Below, piece after piece: positions 10,730 through 20,158 of a stretch of 64,000 bases of DNA. Below the pieces are notes generated by a model, which did no database searches, was not told the origin of the DNA, and was given only the letters and a program-made list of their open reading frames with translations. The stretch is from a virus. Its lineage: Duplodnaviria > Heunggongvirae > Uroviricota > Caudoviricetes. The DNA is taken from IMG/VR virus record IMGVR_UViG_3300035515_000158, one strand, 5' to 3'. Position 1 is the stretch's first letter, and every line of letters starts with the position of its first letter. The position numbers were made by a program, and so were the translations under genes.

Positions 10730-11876
10730 TTAATAAAAATTTTATACACGTATTAATAATTTGTTCTTTATTATTTTTATACTCACTTTCCCAAACAGTA
10801 AATATATCAAAACCTAATTCTTGAGCAACTAATGATTTTTGTGTATCATAATCCCAGATTTCCTGTGCGGTTTTATTCATAACACAATTCATGTCAGTTT
10901 TAATATATTGATTTGGATTCATATGCCAAAAATCACCATTATATTCAATTATTTTTTTATGGGTTTCATCAATAAACGCAAAATCATAATAGTATTGTTT
11001 ATGATGTTTGAATATATGATACTGACCATTGTATACAGTCTGTGTGTAAATTTTGTCTTTAGTTATATTATTTTTCAATAACAGTTGGACTAATTCATGA
11101 CACAATTCATGTTCTGATGATGATGAAAACGCAAGTTTACCATTTATATTTGGGTCTCTAGTAAATTCTCCATTTTTATATCTTTGTTCGATATTTTCAC
11201 TCCATTTTTTGTTACGTTCACTCCATTTTTTATATCCTTGTTCTTCACCATATTTTTTAGTATATGTTTCTAATGTATTTGTTGATTGTCTTTTCTTTAA
11301 TTCCTTTTTTGCTTCTTCTATTGATAAACCTTTTTTCAAATAAAATTCAATACAACAATTAGAATACTGTTTATATTCACCAGTATCTCTCATATGTTTT
11401 CTATATGATTTCAACTTTTCTTCACGTAACTGAGCTCTCTTTTTTACTTCCTTCTCAGCATCAACTTCACTGAAACCAAGTTCAATAAAATGTTTTTTTG
11501 ACCATCCACCACGAGTTTTACCCTCAGATTTTACTTTTTTCCAGATTTCCTTTCCAACAACTGAACTCCTACTATTTGTATATTCCACACGTTTTCTTGC
11601 TTCATCTTCAGTTAAACCTTTCATCATATAATGTTCAACTGTATTTGTAGCCAGTTTTTTAGGATTATTTTTTTCGTATTTTTTGTATCCTCTTTTCATA
11701 CTAATAAACTCAGTAGGATTTCCTGTAATCGGATCTAATCCTTCATTATCTTTTTTAAAGTTATCAACATAATATTGTTCAATTTCTTTCTTTGATAATT
11801 TATGAACTTTAGTAAAATGAAATTGAAGGGTTTCTATTTTTTCAAACTCTTTATTACAAAAAGGACAAGTAAACAT
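10713..11876 (-). CDS. Free-standing Vsr-like (PD-(D/E)XK) homing endonuclease between the helicase halves
   Basis: YYYDF...IIEYNGDFWH...TVWESE; N-terminal Zn-finger-like CPFC; KKYGEEQG repeat; CATAAATA upstream. Confidence 0.85.
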   Translation of the reverse strand: MFTCPFCNKEFEKIETLQFHFTKVHKLSKKEIEQYYVDNFKKDNEGLDPITGNPTEFISMKRGYKKYEKNNPKKLATNTVEHYMMKGLTEDEARKRVEYTNSRSSVVGKEIWKKVKSEGKTRGGWSKKHFIELGFSEVDAEKEVKKRAQLREEKLKSYRKHMRDTGEYKQYSNCCIEFYLKKGLSIEEAKKELKKRQSTNTLETYTKKYGEEQGYKKWSERNKKWSENIEQRYKNGEFTRDPNINGKLAFSSSSEHELCHELVQLLLKNNITKDKIYTQTVYNGQYHIFKHHKQYYYDFAFIDETHKKIIEYNGDFWHMNPNQYIKTDMNCVMNKTAQEIWDYDTQKSLVAQELGFDIFTVWESEYKNNKEQIINTCIKFLLNVDRI

Positions 11877-11922
11877 AATTACATTATTTATTTTTACTGT
11901 ATTTATGTTTACAAAGGAGTGA

Positions 11923-12021
11923 CTAATGTTGGGATAGTTTAAATAAATCTCCTATTGAAATTTCCTTAATCTCACCTGTTTTCTTATTCCTGATTTTTAC
12001 TTTTGTTGAATAAGAACAACA
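11923..12021 (-). other. Split intein IntN (32 aa)
   Basis: CCSYSTKVKIRNKKTGEIKEISIGDLFKLSQH starts right after the Walker A Lys. Confidence 0.88.
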
Positions 12022-12618
12022 TTTTCCAATATTAGTTCCACCAATATATGCATGAAGTGTCTTAGGATCCAAACCACCATTTGAACTTTTGTTCCAATAA
12101 TCCCAAGTGAACGGAATTTTTTCTTCAACCGTTGAGTGGTGGTTTTCAGGATTAAAGAAGTCAACACCAAGATTTTTGTCAAATGTCACCAAATTTGTTT
12201 CAGACACGATATCAGTGGCTCGTCTAACAACATCTTGAACATTCTCCAAAGACACATCAGATGTTTTAATCAATGTCGCGGCCTTTGTGAAATTGGTCAT
12301 CAAAGAACGAAATCTAATCCATCCTTCAGTAGTGTCCTTCAACCAATCCCTATCCATAGAATCAATATCCACATCAAAATAACTATCAATTACATCATTA
12401 GGGATTTCACGTTTGTCCGCTTCAATGATTAACTTGATTTGGTCTTTTGTGGGTGATTCTTTATATTGTTTGTAGAAATTCTTAGCAATCATGGCGATAT
12501 ACTGCAAATCCTCATGTTCAAAAAACCCAGCACCTATTTGTAAAAGATACTTAGGTTTCTTTAACATATATGCAAATATCATCTTTGATTGTTGAACACT
12601 TGTATTAATCATGACCAA
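11923..12618 (-). CDS. gp41: Replicative helicase N-terminal half fused to split-intein N fragment
   Basis: gp41-like N-terminus; GGLDPKTLHAYIGGTNIGK then intein Cys1. Confidence 0.92.
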   Translation of the reverse strand: MVMINTSVQQSKMIFAYMLKKPKYLLQIGAGFFEHEDLQYIAMIAKNFYKQYKESPTKDQIKLIIEADKREIPNDVIDSYFDVDIDSMDRDWLKDTTEGWIRFRSLMTNFTKAATLIKTSDVSLENVQDVVRRATDIVSETNLVTFDKNLGVDFFNPENHHSTVEEKIPFTWDYWNKSSNGGLDPKTLHAYIGGTNIGKCCSYSTKVKIRNKKTGEIKEISIGDLFKLSQH

Positions 12619-12875
12619 GGAGTATTAATAATTTTGTAACCTTTATTCTTCTTTTTTATATATCCTAATTCTGTCAACTCAGATATGACCTTTTCTATAT
12701 CTTCATCTAAAAAACCATACCTGTTCTCCATCTTTGCTGATGAAAATAAACTATCATCAACAGATTCGACACAACTTTCATACAACACATCTAATGGTGT
12801 CGGATATCCTTCCAAAGTCTTACTCAACTCTGTTAGATATTTTACTTGTATTTTATCTTTATCTAATTCGACCAT
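12609..12875 (-). CDS. Small hypothetical protein, possibly winged helix; start likely 12875 rather than 12905
   Basis: ATG follows the promoter motif at 12894-12906; overlaps helicase start; ISELTELGYIKKKNKGYKI wing-like end. Confidence 0.6.
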   Translation of the reverse strand: MVELDKDKIQVKYLTELSKTLEGYPTPLDVLYESCVESVDDSLFSSAKMENRYGFLDEDIEKVISELTELGYIKKKNKGYKIINTPWS

Positions 12876-12893
12876 ACTATAATTTTTCTGTAA

Positions 12894-12906
12894 TAAAGAT
12901 AACAAA
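12894..12906 (-). promoter_or_regulatory. TTTGTTATnTTTA promoter motif (helicase operon)
   Basis: Same 13-mer at 14216, 23606, 24508, 27664, 27724, 39493, 63231 (-) and 39522, 53482 (+). Confidence 0.7.
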
Positions 12907-12948
12907 GAGGGAGGTCTTTTTACCCCCCTCTATCTATTTTAACTTTTC

Positions 12949-14187
12949 TTAATCAAATAACAACTGTGTCTTGATTTCTTCATCTACCGTCTTTTCTTGT
13001 GTTTCTTCATCATCTTCTTCATCTACATCTTCAAATAACTCAGCAACACTCGTAGAATCTGAATATCTAAACTCACTCTTAATATATTCATCCAGTCGTT
13101 CCAATCGTTCTTTTGTGAATACCTGTGGTGTGAATATCTTGTTTACAGGGAATATATCACCATTATCACAACAAATATTACGAGCTGTCTCACTTGGAAC
13201 AAAATACTTCACTTCTTCCGGTGTTTCAACTTTAATGTATTCATCATTTGGGTTTTTCAAGTATTCCTTTTCTGTGATGAACTTACCTCGTTGAATACCA
13301 CATCGTTCAAAACTAATGTATTCCTCCAAACCAACATAAGGATTCATACCATTCACATAACTGATATAGAACTTAACCTTCTTGGGCTTACAAAAACGGT
13401 TCTTCTCAGGTTCGGCAGTCACAATAATACCTGTCTGTGTATTGTCACTTCCTTCTTTCAACTTGGCTTTCGATAGGTTGAGAATAATGGATGCACCATA
13501 AACAAGTCCTGAACCACCTGATTGTTTGGTCACAGAGAACAAATCCAAAGTCTGATATACATGGTTAGAAAATGCGAATGTACCACCAATAAGTCCCATC
13601 TTTGAACATACAATACGGAAGATTGAACGAATAGTCTTAGGTCTTGTCATATCAGCCTTGTCAGAAGCAGACTTAGCATCATCAATTTCCTTTTGAGTAG
13701 CCAAGTTACCTACAGAGTCCAAAATAAATAAACACTTAGGAATTTGCATACCAGCTTCCTTTTTCTCAATCAACAAATCCAATGTCTGTGTGATACTGGT
13801 CTTAAATTCCTGAACAGTTCCAACAGGTTCATAACGGAACATACTGGGGTTCACTCCAAATTGGTCTAACTGACTTTTTTCAATGGCATTTTCACTGTCA
13901 TACCATATCACAAAGATGTTTTTCTTCTGGGCTTCTCGGGCGAGGTTCATCAACAAATATGTTTTACCTACACCACTTTGACCACTAATACAAATACTTC
14001 TGTTGTTGGGTATTCCTCCAAAGATACTTCCTGTCAAACAAGCATTACAGATATAGTTACCAATAGGAATATAATCTGTAATGGCCGACACACCTGCACC
14101 ATCTGACATAAGACCTCCCCACTTGGAGTTCTTATTCATTTCTTTATTTAGATCATTAAAACTAAATTCTCCACTATTCTTTGCCAT
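12949..14187 (-). CDS. uvsX: UvsX/RecA-like recombinase
   Basis: GGIPNNR, ISGQSGVGKT, WYDSENA, FILDSVGNL, SGGSGLVYGAS, KNRF. Confidence 0.93.
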   Translation of the reverse strand: MAKNSGEFSFNDLNKEMNKNSKWGGLMSDGAGVSAITDYIPIGNYICNACLTGSIFGGIPNNRSICISGQSGVGKTYLLMNLAREAQKKNIFVIWYDSENAIEKSQLDQFGVNPSMFRYEPVGTVQEFKTSITQTLDLLIEKKEAGMQIPKCLFILDSVGNLATQKEIDDAKSASDKADMTRPKTIRSIFRIVCSKMGLIGGTFAFSNHVYQTLDLFSVTKQSGGSGLVYGASIILNLSKAKLKEGSDNTQTGIIVTAEPEKNRFCKPKKVKFYISYVNGMNPYVGLEEYISFERCGIQRGKFITEKEYLKNPNDEYIKVETPEEVKYFVPSETARNICCDNGDIFPVNKIFTPQVFTKERLERLDEYIKSEFRYSDSTSVAELFEDVDEEDDEETQEKTVDEEIKTQLLFD

Positions 14188-14206
14188 AAACTATTTATAA
14201 ATTAAA

Positions 14207-15466
14207 TTATATACTTAAAGATAACAAATCTACTATTTTTTCAGTGATTTTTTTGACCATTATTGTTTCATCCTCATCCTCCCAAACAACCATTGTAGTA
14301 AAACCAGCATCTGTTAGGGTTTTCATTTTTTGTTTGTCATAATTAAGTTTCTCATCATAACTCTGATTTGTGTATAGTCCCTTCCATTCAGTGTCTCCCT
14401 CTTTTGGATGGAACATAAGTCCATTATATTCAACACAAAACTTAATGTCAGGTATCACAAAATCATAGAAATAAGGTCGTTTATATTGATGATCCCACTT
14501 ACCAAATTCATGTTCACCATAATATATCTTATCAAAATGTATATCTTTCTTATTTAATACATCTATAACCTTTTCAAATAGTTGTCTTGATGATTTACTA
14601 TATGAACATCCGGTATTTGATGATTGTACTTTCTTTTCCATCATTGATTTAGACCATTGTTTCTTCCTTTCTAAAAATTTCCTAATTCCATCCTGTTCAC
14701 CATATTTCTTTATATAATTATCTACTGTATTGGTGGTTTGGATTTCTTTAACTTTTTTAACAGCTTCTTCTTCACTCAGACCTCTTTTCAACCAATATTC
14801 AACTGAACGACAAGTAACTCCTTTTTTACCTTTTCTTTTAGAGTTAGATATAGAAGACGCAAACTTTAATCTCTCTGTATGTGATGACTTGGCTTCCTCT
14901 AATGTATAAAGTTTACCTGTTTTTGGATTAATCTTGTCCAAAAAATACTCATACTTAAAATTTTTGGTTTTCTTTTGATTTATTTCATCTATGTTGGGAT
15001 TGTTTTTGTAAGTTTCATTTCTTCTTTCTTGATAGTCATTATACTGAGTTTCCCAATCATCACCATATTTTTCTTTGAATTTATCTTTTGAAACTGTATT
15101 TTGTCTTTGGTGAATCAAATCATCAATATATTCTTCTTTATAACATCTATTTGTATAATATATTCTTCCAACTGTTGATTTTGTATTCTCCCACATATCT
15201 TGACTAAAAACTAAATATGGTTTGATACGATTTGTTTGGAAAGTATTTTTGAAATTTCCACTATGTTCAGTAAAAAAATTGACATACTCTTTATACATTT
15301 TATTTAATTTGTCAATATTCAGCATAGGTTCATGAGGAAAATTTAACCTATCTTGACATATCTGTTTGAATTTGTCTATCTCAACTGGTTCTGAAATTTC
15401 CTTAGCCGGTCTCGAGCCATAAATGAAAAATAACTCATTTACATAACTCTTTTGATTTATATTCAT
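14207..15466 (-). CDS. Vsr-like homing endonuclease, paralog of 10713..11876
   Basis: YFYDF...CVEYNGLMFHP...VVWEDE; YWLKRGLSEEEA and KKYGEQDG motifs. Confidence 0.8.
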   Translation of the reverse strand: MNINQKSYVNELFFIYGSRPAKEISEPVEIDKFKQICQDRLNFPHEPMLNIDKLNKMYKEYVNFFTEHSGNFKNTFQTNRIKPYLVFSQDMWENTKSTVGRIYYTNRCYKEEYIDDLIHQRQNTVSKDKFKEKYGDDWETQYNDYQERRNETYKNNPNIDEINQKKTKNFKYEYFLDKINPKTGKLYTLEEAKSSHTERLKFASSISNSKRKGKKGVTCRSVEYWLKRGLSEEEAVKKVKEIQTTNTVDNYIKKYGEQDGIRKFLERKKQWSKSMMEKKVQSSNTGCSYSKSSRQLFEKVIDVLNKKDIHFDKIYYGEHEFGKWDHQYKRPYFYDFVIPDIKFCVEYNGLMFHPKEGDTEWKGLYTNQSYDEKLNYDKQKMKTLTDAGFTTMVVWEDEDETIMVKKITEKIVDLLSLSI

Positions 15467-15584
15467 ATCTTCTAAATTTCTTTTAAGTATTTATGGAAAA
15501 TTGTTCTAACACATGATTTACCAGACATACATATATATTGAAAATAAAAAAGTCATAAATACTAAAAATAGATTACCTATTAAA

Positions 15585-15902
15585 ATGAAAGAAATAGATG
15601 AATGTGATGTGGCACCTGTTGGGTGTAATGTATTAGGTGATTTACCGGGGATGGGACCGATTGAATTTCCACATGATGGTAAACCGGGTTCGGGAGATAT
15701 ACCTATGCCCAGTGGAAAACTATACTATCAAGTTCAACCTTTTGATTCATTTGTGAAAGATCCTCATTGGAAGAAACGTAAGAAAATGAAGAAAAAGAAA
15801 AATACTCCAGATAGTGAGATATACAAACATTCGCCGAACCCATCAGTATATAAATATGTATATGATTTTAAGACATATATGGAAAAGGCTAAGGATTCTT
15901 AA
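15585..15902 (+). CDS. Hypothetical late protein; start likely 15585
   Basis: CATAAATA at 15554-15561 lies inside the longer ORF call; PGMG...GSGD motif. Confidence 0.6.
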   Translation: MKEIDECDVAPVGCNVLGDLPGMGPIEFPHDGKPGSGDIPMPSGKLYYQVQPFDSFVKDPHWKKRKKMKKKKNTPDSEIYKHSPNPSVYKYVYDFKTYMEKAKDS

Positions 15903-15907
15903 TTTCC

Positions 15908-16534
15908 TTAGCCTCTATTTTTTAATTGTCCCATTATTTGACAACCTATGAAATTTCCGATTATTGACCAAAACCAAATAAAAAATTGTGTCTTTTGAAA
16001 TCCGACTGACAAACCATAAACTAAATGGTAAGCAATGTCAGCGATACAGTGAGGAAAACCACACATTATAAAGACAGGAACACAATAGAACATTGGTAAG
16101 TAAGATAATGGATTCTTGAAATCATCTTGTGAACGGTTTGGTCTATCAACAGCATGACTCATCAACATACCACAACCGATCGAACCCATTAAAATACCCA
16201 TGTAAGATGTACTAAGTCTGGTTGAAATTATCTTAACTGCGGTAGCTGATAAAACAGGTATATTGACCGCTCCTGTAAAATAAATCAAGGAAACAAAACA
16301 GACAATACCAAATAGATTACCTAAAATCATATAAATGTATTTGCTCCAATTTTTCCATTTTGTTTCATATCCAACCTTTCCAGTGAATAAATTAAATCTG
16401 TTATTCACTACAATAAACAGTCCGATAGTAAATAAAACCGCTCCCAAAATACCGGGGTTCAGCATATATACTACTGTTCCAATTCCAATAGCAATTCCCG
16501 CATAGATTGACTTAACAAAATCTGACCAAATCAT
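15908..16534 (-). CDS. Formate/nitrite transporter (FNT) family membrane protein
   Basis: Hydrophobic helices; LFTGK, GNLFG, GFPHCIAD, GNFIG. Confidence 0.85.
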   Translation of the reverse strand: MIWSDFVKSIYAGIAIGIGTVVYMLNPGILGAVLFTIGLFIVVNNRFNLFTGKVGYETKWKNWSKYIYMILGNLFGIVCFVSLIYFTGAVNIPVLSATAVKIISTRLSTSYMGILMGSIGCGMLMSHAVDRPNRSQDDFKNPLSYLPMFYCVPVFIMCGFPHCIADIAYHLVYGLSVGFQKTQFFIWFWSIIGNFIGCQIMGQLKNRG

Positions 16535-18105
16535 TTATCTTTCTTTTTTCCTTTTCCTTTTGTAAATTTAATATTTCTGTCTGGGTGAACAATTAAGTTC
16601 AGTTTATCTATCACTTCAGTAGAAAGTAAGATTCGATTACCAACTTTCTTCTTTGTTAATTTTTGTCTTTCTTTTTCAATGTCAGTCAAATCTCTAACAC
16701 ACACTTCAACATCTTTTAGGGTTTTACCATCAAATGAAATGTCAAACAACACAACAGGTCTTTTATCTGATTTAACACCACCATGAAGGATTGATTTTCT
16801 TCTGACGATTTTTTTCGTAACAATTTGGTCATTTAATTTGAACTCCAATTCTCCATCTTTTTCTTTGAAGTGGTCTGTTTTGATTGCACACATACATGAA
16901 TTACCTGTGTCAAAACATCCCTTAATTGGAATACCATCTAAGTTCACCATTTCATAATAAGACACTAAATCTCTATCTTCAATATCCTGTTCGATTTCAC
17001 CACCCTCAGATAGTGTTTTTTTAATGTGTTTCACTATCAAATCTGTGGGAGCCTTGTCAGTTACTTGTGAGATACCTTTTAGTGCAGGTGATGAATTAAT
17101 CTCAATAACATAATTCCTCCCTGAAATATTGTCATAACAGATGTCAACACCACACCAAACTGAACCAATCGCCGCCGCCGCCTTCTTCGCCAGTGTTTTT
17201 TCTTCCGGTGATGGGATATAATTTGAAATGTGTCCACCAATCGAGTAATTCGTTCTGAAATCACCATCAGCCTTTTCACGTTTCATGGATCCAATTATGA
17301 TGAAGTCTTTTTCAGAAGCTCCCGCTGGTTTCAAAGTCTTACAGAATACATGCATACGAACATCATAGTTAATTTCACAGAATGGTTGGATGATACATTT
17401 TCCTTTTGTTCTGACTAAATATTGAACTACTGATGTCAATATATTAAGGTCTTGACACTTAAACACTCCCAAACCTTGACTACCATCCACAACCTTTACA
17501 ACAACAGGTAACTGTAAATTGTTTTCAGTTAGGAATTTGTTCATGTTATCGGTAGCTTCCAATTTCTTTGAATCATGTTGTTGTCTATCTATAATAAATG
17601 TATCAATAGTATCAACACCTTTTTGTTTCAATATTTCAAATGTCTTAGCCTTGTTTTTACATATCCCAGCAACAGACGCATCATTAGAAATCAAAAATCC
17701 ATTAGCTTTCAATAATGATTTGAAATTCTTAACATTTGTCTGTGTTACTTGTTTTTCCTCATCCGTTGACTTAATTTTAACAGCATGTCGGAACATGAAT
17801 ATAGTGTTCTTCTTTGAAAATACACCCACATCATCTATTTGTAGTGTATTATCTTCATTTAATTTGTATTTTATATTATCAACATCAACAGGATAAATAT
17901 TTACACCATATTTGTCAGCTGATTTTTTGAACCTACTATATTCTCCATGTGAATTGTCATTGTGAGGATTCTTAGTAACAAATATAATGTTACATCCCGT
18001 CTTTGGTTTGTCATCGGTAGATTCAGACTTACTTTCGGTTAACCCCCTACTCAATAAATCTAAACATCCCTGCGAACTCATGTATTCTTCAAATGACTGA
18101 ATCAT
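16531..18105 (-). CDS. RimK-like ATP-grasp ligase fused to a retropepsin-like aspartyl protease (DTG intact)
   Basis: PVVVKVVDGSQGLGV, IIQPF, DVRMHV, FRTNYSIGG, GVDI, VIEINSSP; C-terminal CFDTGNS. Confidence 0.88.
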   Translation of the reverse strand: MIQSFEEYMSSQGCLDLLSRGLTESKSESTDDKPKTGCNIIFVTKNPHNDNSHGEYSRFKKSADKYGVNIYPVDVDNIKYKLNEDNTLQIDDVGVFSKKNTIFMFRHAVKIKSTDEEKQVTQTNVKNFKSLLKANGFLISNDASVAGICKNKAKTFEILKQKGVDTIDTFIIDRQQHDSKKLEATDNMNKFLTENNLQLPVVVKVVDGSQGLGVFKCQDLNILTSVVQYLVRTKGKCIIQPFCEINYDVRMHVFCKTLKPAGASEKDFIIIGSMKREKADGDFRTNYSIGGHISNYIPSPEEKTLAKKAAAAIGSVWCGVDICYDNISGRNYVIEINSSPALKGISQVTDKAPTDLIVKHIKKTLSEGGEIEQDIEDRDLVSYYEMVNLDGIPIKGCFDTGNSCMCAIKTDHFKEKDGELEFKLNDQIVTKKIVRRKSILHGGVKSDKRPVVLFDISFDGKTLKDVEVCVRDLTDIEKERQKLTKKKVGNRILLSTEVIDKLNLIVHPDRNIKFTKGKGKKKDK

Positions 18106-18121
18106 GTCGAATTTTTAATTA

Positions 18122-18163
18122 TATTTATATGTTATTTATGAAAAATTAAGGCTCACATAAATA
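18122..18163. promoter_or_regulatory. Divergent late promoters
   Basis: CATAAATA on - (18133-18140) and + (18156-18163); TATAAATA on - (18122-18129). Confidence 0.7.
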
Positions 18164-18186
18164 ATATAACAAATAATGTAAAACAA

Positions 18187-19956
18187 ATGAATTACAACAA
18201 TAAAGGTTATTCTTTACTTAATGAGAGTAAAAAAGCTAAGGATATTCAAGTTGTTTTTTTAAGTGCTCGTGCAGAGAAAACTACAAAAAGTTCTAACTCA
18301 ATGTTCTTCTTTGAGGAGGCGGCAAAGAAAGCCAATATTAAAATGGTAGTCATTGATCCATCTTCTTCAACTATTACAAAAGAAAATGATGATGAATATA
18401 AGGTAGTTGAAAAGACCACTGATAAGAAAACATATATCTTAAAACCATCAAATACAATTATAGTTCCTCGTCGAACAGTAATTAAAAATGGTGAATCAAA
18501 AGACTTCATGTCTCAACTTCAAAATTATGGTTTCTTCTGTTTTAATACTCTTGATTCGATTGAAACCTGCGAAGATAAATTTTTAACATATAGAAAATTG
18601 AAAGCAATGAATGTCCCCACCCCAAAAACTGTTGTGGTGACAGGAACATCAATGAACAAATTGGAAGAAAAAGTTGAATCAGTTGGTGGTCAATTTCCTA
18701 TTGTGTGTAAATTAGTATCTGGAACACAGGGTATTGGTGTGTTTATTATTGATTCTATGATGTCTTTGAAATCAACTCTCCAAACGATATTCAAGATTTC
18801 ACCTAAGTCAGACATTATTCTTCAAGAGAAAATTGATTCTGACTATGACCTTCGTATCCATGTAATGTATGAAGGATTTGAAAGAATATCTACTGGTCTT
18901 GACAACTACAAGATTATTGGTTGTATGAAACGTAATCAACTTGCTGGTGATTTCCGTTCAAATTACTCATTAGGTTCAACCGCTGAGAAAGGACAATTAA
19001 CACCTGAACAAGAAAGAATCGCAAAGTTGGCCGCGAAAGCAACTAATTGTAGATGGGCTGGTGTGGACTTAATTGTTTCAAGACAGACACAAACACCTTA
19101 TGTAATCGAGGTTAATTCATCACCCGGAACAAAAGGTATCACAACCGCCGCCGGAGATGATGTAGTTGGAACAATTTTTGATGAGTTCAAGAATTTCAAA
19201 TACACTCGATATGAATCAGACCAAATCGGTAAGTATGAAACTGTAACCATTAAAGATATGGGTATTGATACAGTAATGAAATTCGACACACAACATTCAT
19301 TCACTGAAATGGAATGTTCATCTATCAATATTAAAGATGATGATGTAACATTCGTATTTAATGGTATCACTTACAACAGAGAACTATCCGGTCTTAGAAA
19401 AGGTGATGCTCTTATTGAACTAAATCTTAAATTCAATGGTACAACATATAAATCTGAACTTGTTGTATTGAAACAATCTAACACCAACATTAATAAAAAC
19501 ATCTTGATTGGTGGAACAAAAATACTTGGTAGAATTAGTTCACACAGTTCAATCGCTGAGGAATCATTTATTCTAACTGACAACTCAACTGATTTTGAAA
19601 TACCTGTTGAAAAAGTAGAAGAAGGTTTATTGACTGAAGGTAGAAATTGGTTATTCAATGTAGATGACAAAGACATTCATCTATCAGGACTTAGAAAATG
19701 TATTGAATCTTTCTTGAATGGTTCACGAAATAGTTATCGTAGAGGTAGATGGATGATTGCTCAGGGAGGATATGACTTAGAATGGGAGTTATCTTACAAT
19801 GACCAAGTATTCATGCAGAAAGTTAAAAATGAAAGTCCCAAATTTATCCACACCTATATGCCAGAGAAACAAGCATTTAAGATAGCTGGTATTATTGAAT
19901 CACTATTAGATGATGTTCAGGTAGATATGGGAAAATATAATGAAGATTTTGATTAA
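18187..19956 (+). CDS. RimK-like ATP-grasp ligase with a degenerate protease domain (DTQ) and extra C-terminal domain
   Basis: FPIVCKLVSGTQGIGV, ILQEKI, DLRIHV, FRSNYSLG, AGVDL, VIEVNSSPG; KFDTQ. Confidence 0.88.
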   Translation: MNYNNKGYSLLNESKKAKDIQVVFLSARAEKTTKSSNSMFFFEEAAKKANIKMVVIDPSSSTITKENDDEYKVVEKTTDKKTYILKPSNTIIVPRRTVIKNGESKDFMSQLQNYGFFCFNTLDSIETCEDKFLTYRKLKAMNVPTPKTVVVTGTSMNKLEEKVESVGGQFPIVCKLVSGTQGIGVFIIDSMMSLKSTLQTIFKISPKSDIILQEKIDSDYDLRIHVMYEGFERISTGLDNYKIIGCMKRNQLAGDFRSNYSLGSTAEKGQLTPEQERIAKLAAKATNCRWAGVDLIVSRQTQTPYVIEVNSSPGTKGITTAAGDDVVGTIFDEFKNFKYTRYESDQIGKYETVTIKDMGIDTVMKFDTQHSFTEMECSSINIKDDDVTFVFNGITYNRELSGLRKGDALIELNLKFNGTTYKSELVVLKQSNTNINKNILIGGTKILGRISSHSSIAEESFILTDNSTDFEIPVEKVEEGLLTEGRNWLFNVDDKDIHLSGLRKCIESFLNGSRNSYRRGRWMIAQGGYDLEWELSYNDQVFMQKVKNESPKFIHTYMPEKQAFKIAGIIESLLDDVQVDMGKYNEDFD

Positions 19957-20127
19957 ATGGGGTGTAACTGTAAAAAATCAAAGTTAGAATTAAATATCCG
20001 CAAAAAGATAAGACAAGAAATTAAAGAAAAGATTGCAGATGTTAAAAAAATCTGGAATGAAACAAAACAGTCACAAACAGGAAATGGAACAGTGACAACG
20101 AAAAAAGATGAATTAAATTTCAAATAA
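19957..20127 (+). CDS. Small basic protein MGCNCKK... (56 aa); not in the ORF track
   Basis: ATG directly after the upstream TAA; ends just before a hairpin. Confidence 0.65.
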   Translation: MGCNCKKSKLELNIRKKIRQEIKEKIADVKKIWNETKQSQTGNGTVTTKKDELNFK

Positions 20128-20158
20128 AAGGAGGTGGTCATTATTTGATCACCTCCTT
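20128..20158. terminator. Hairpin / bidirectional terminator
   Basis: AAGGAGGTGGTCA-TTATT-TGATCACCTCCTT. Confidence 0.7.
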
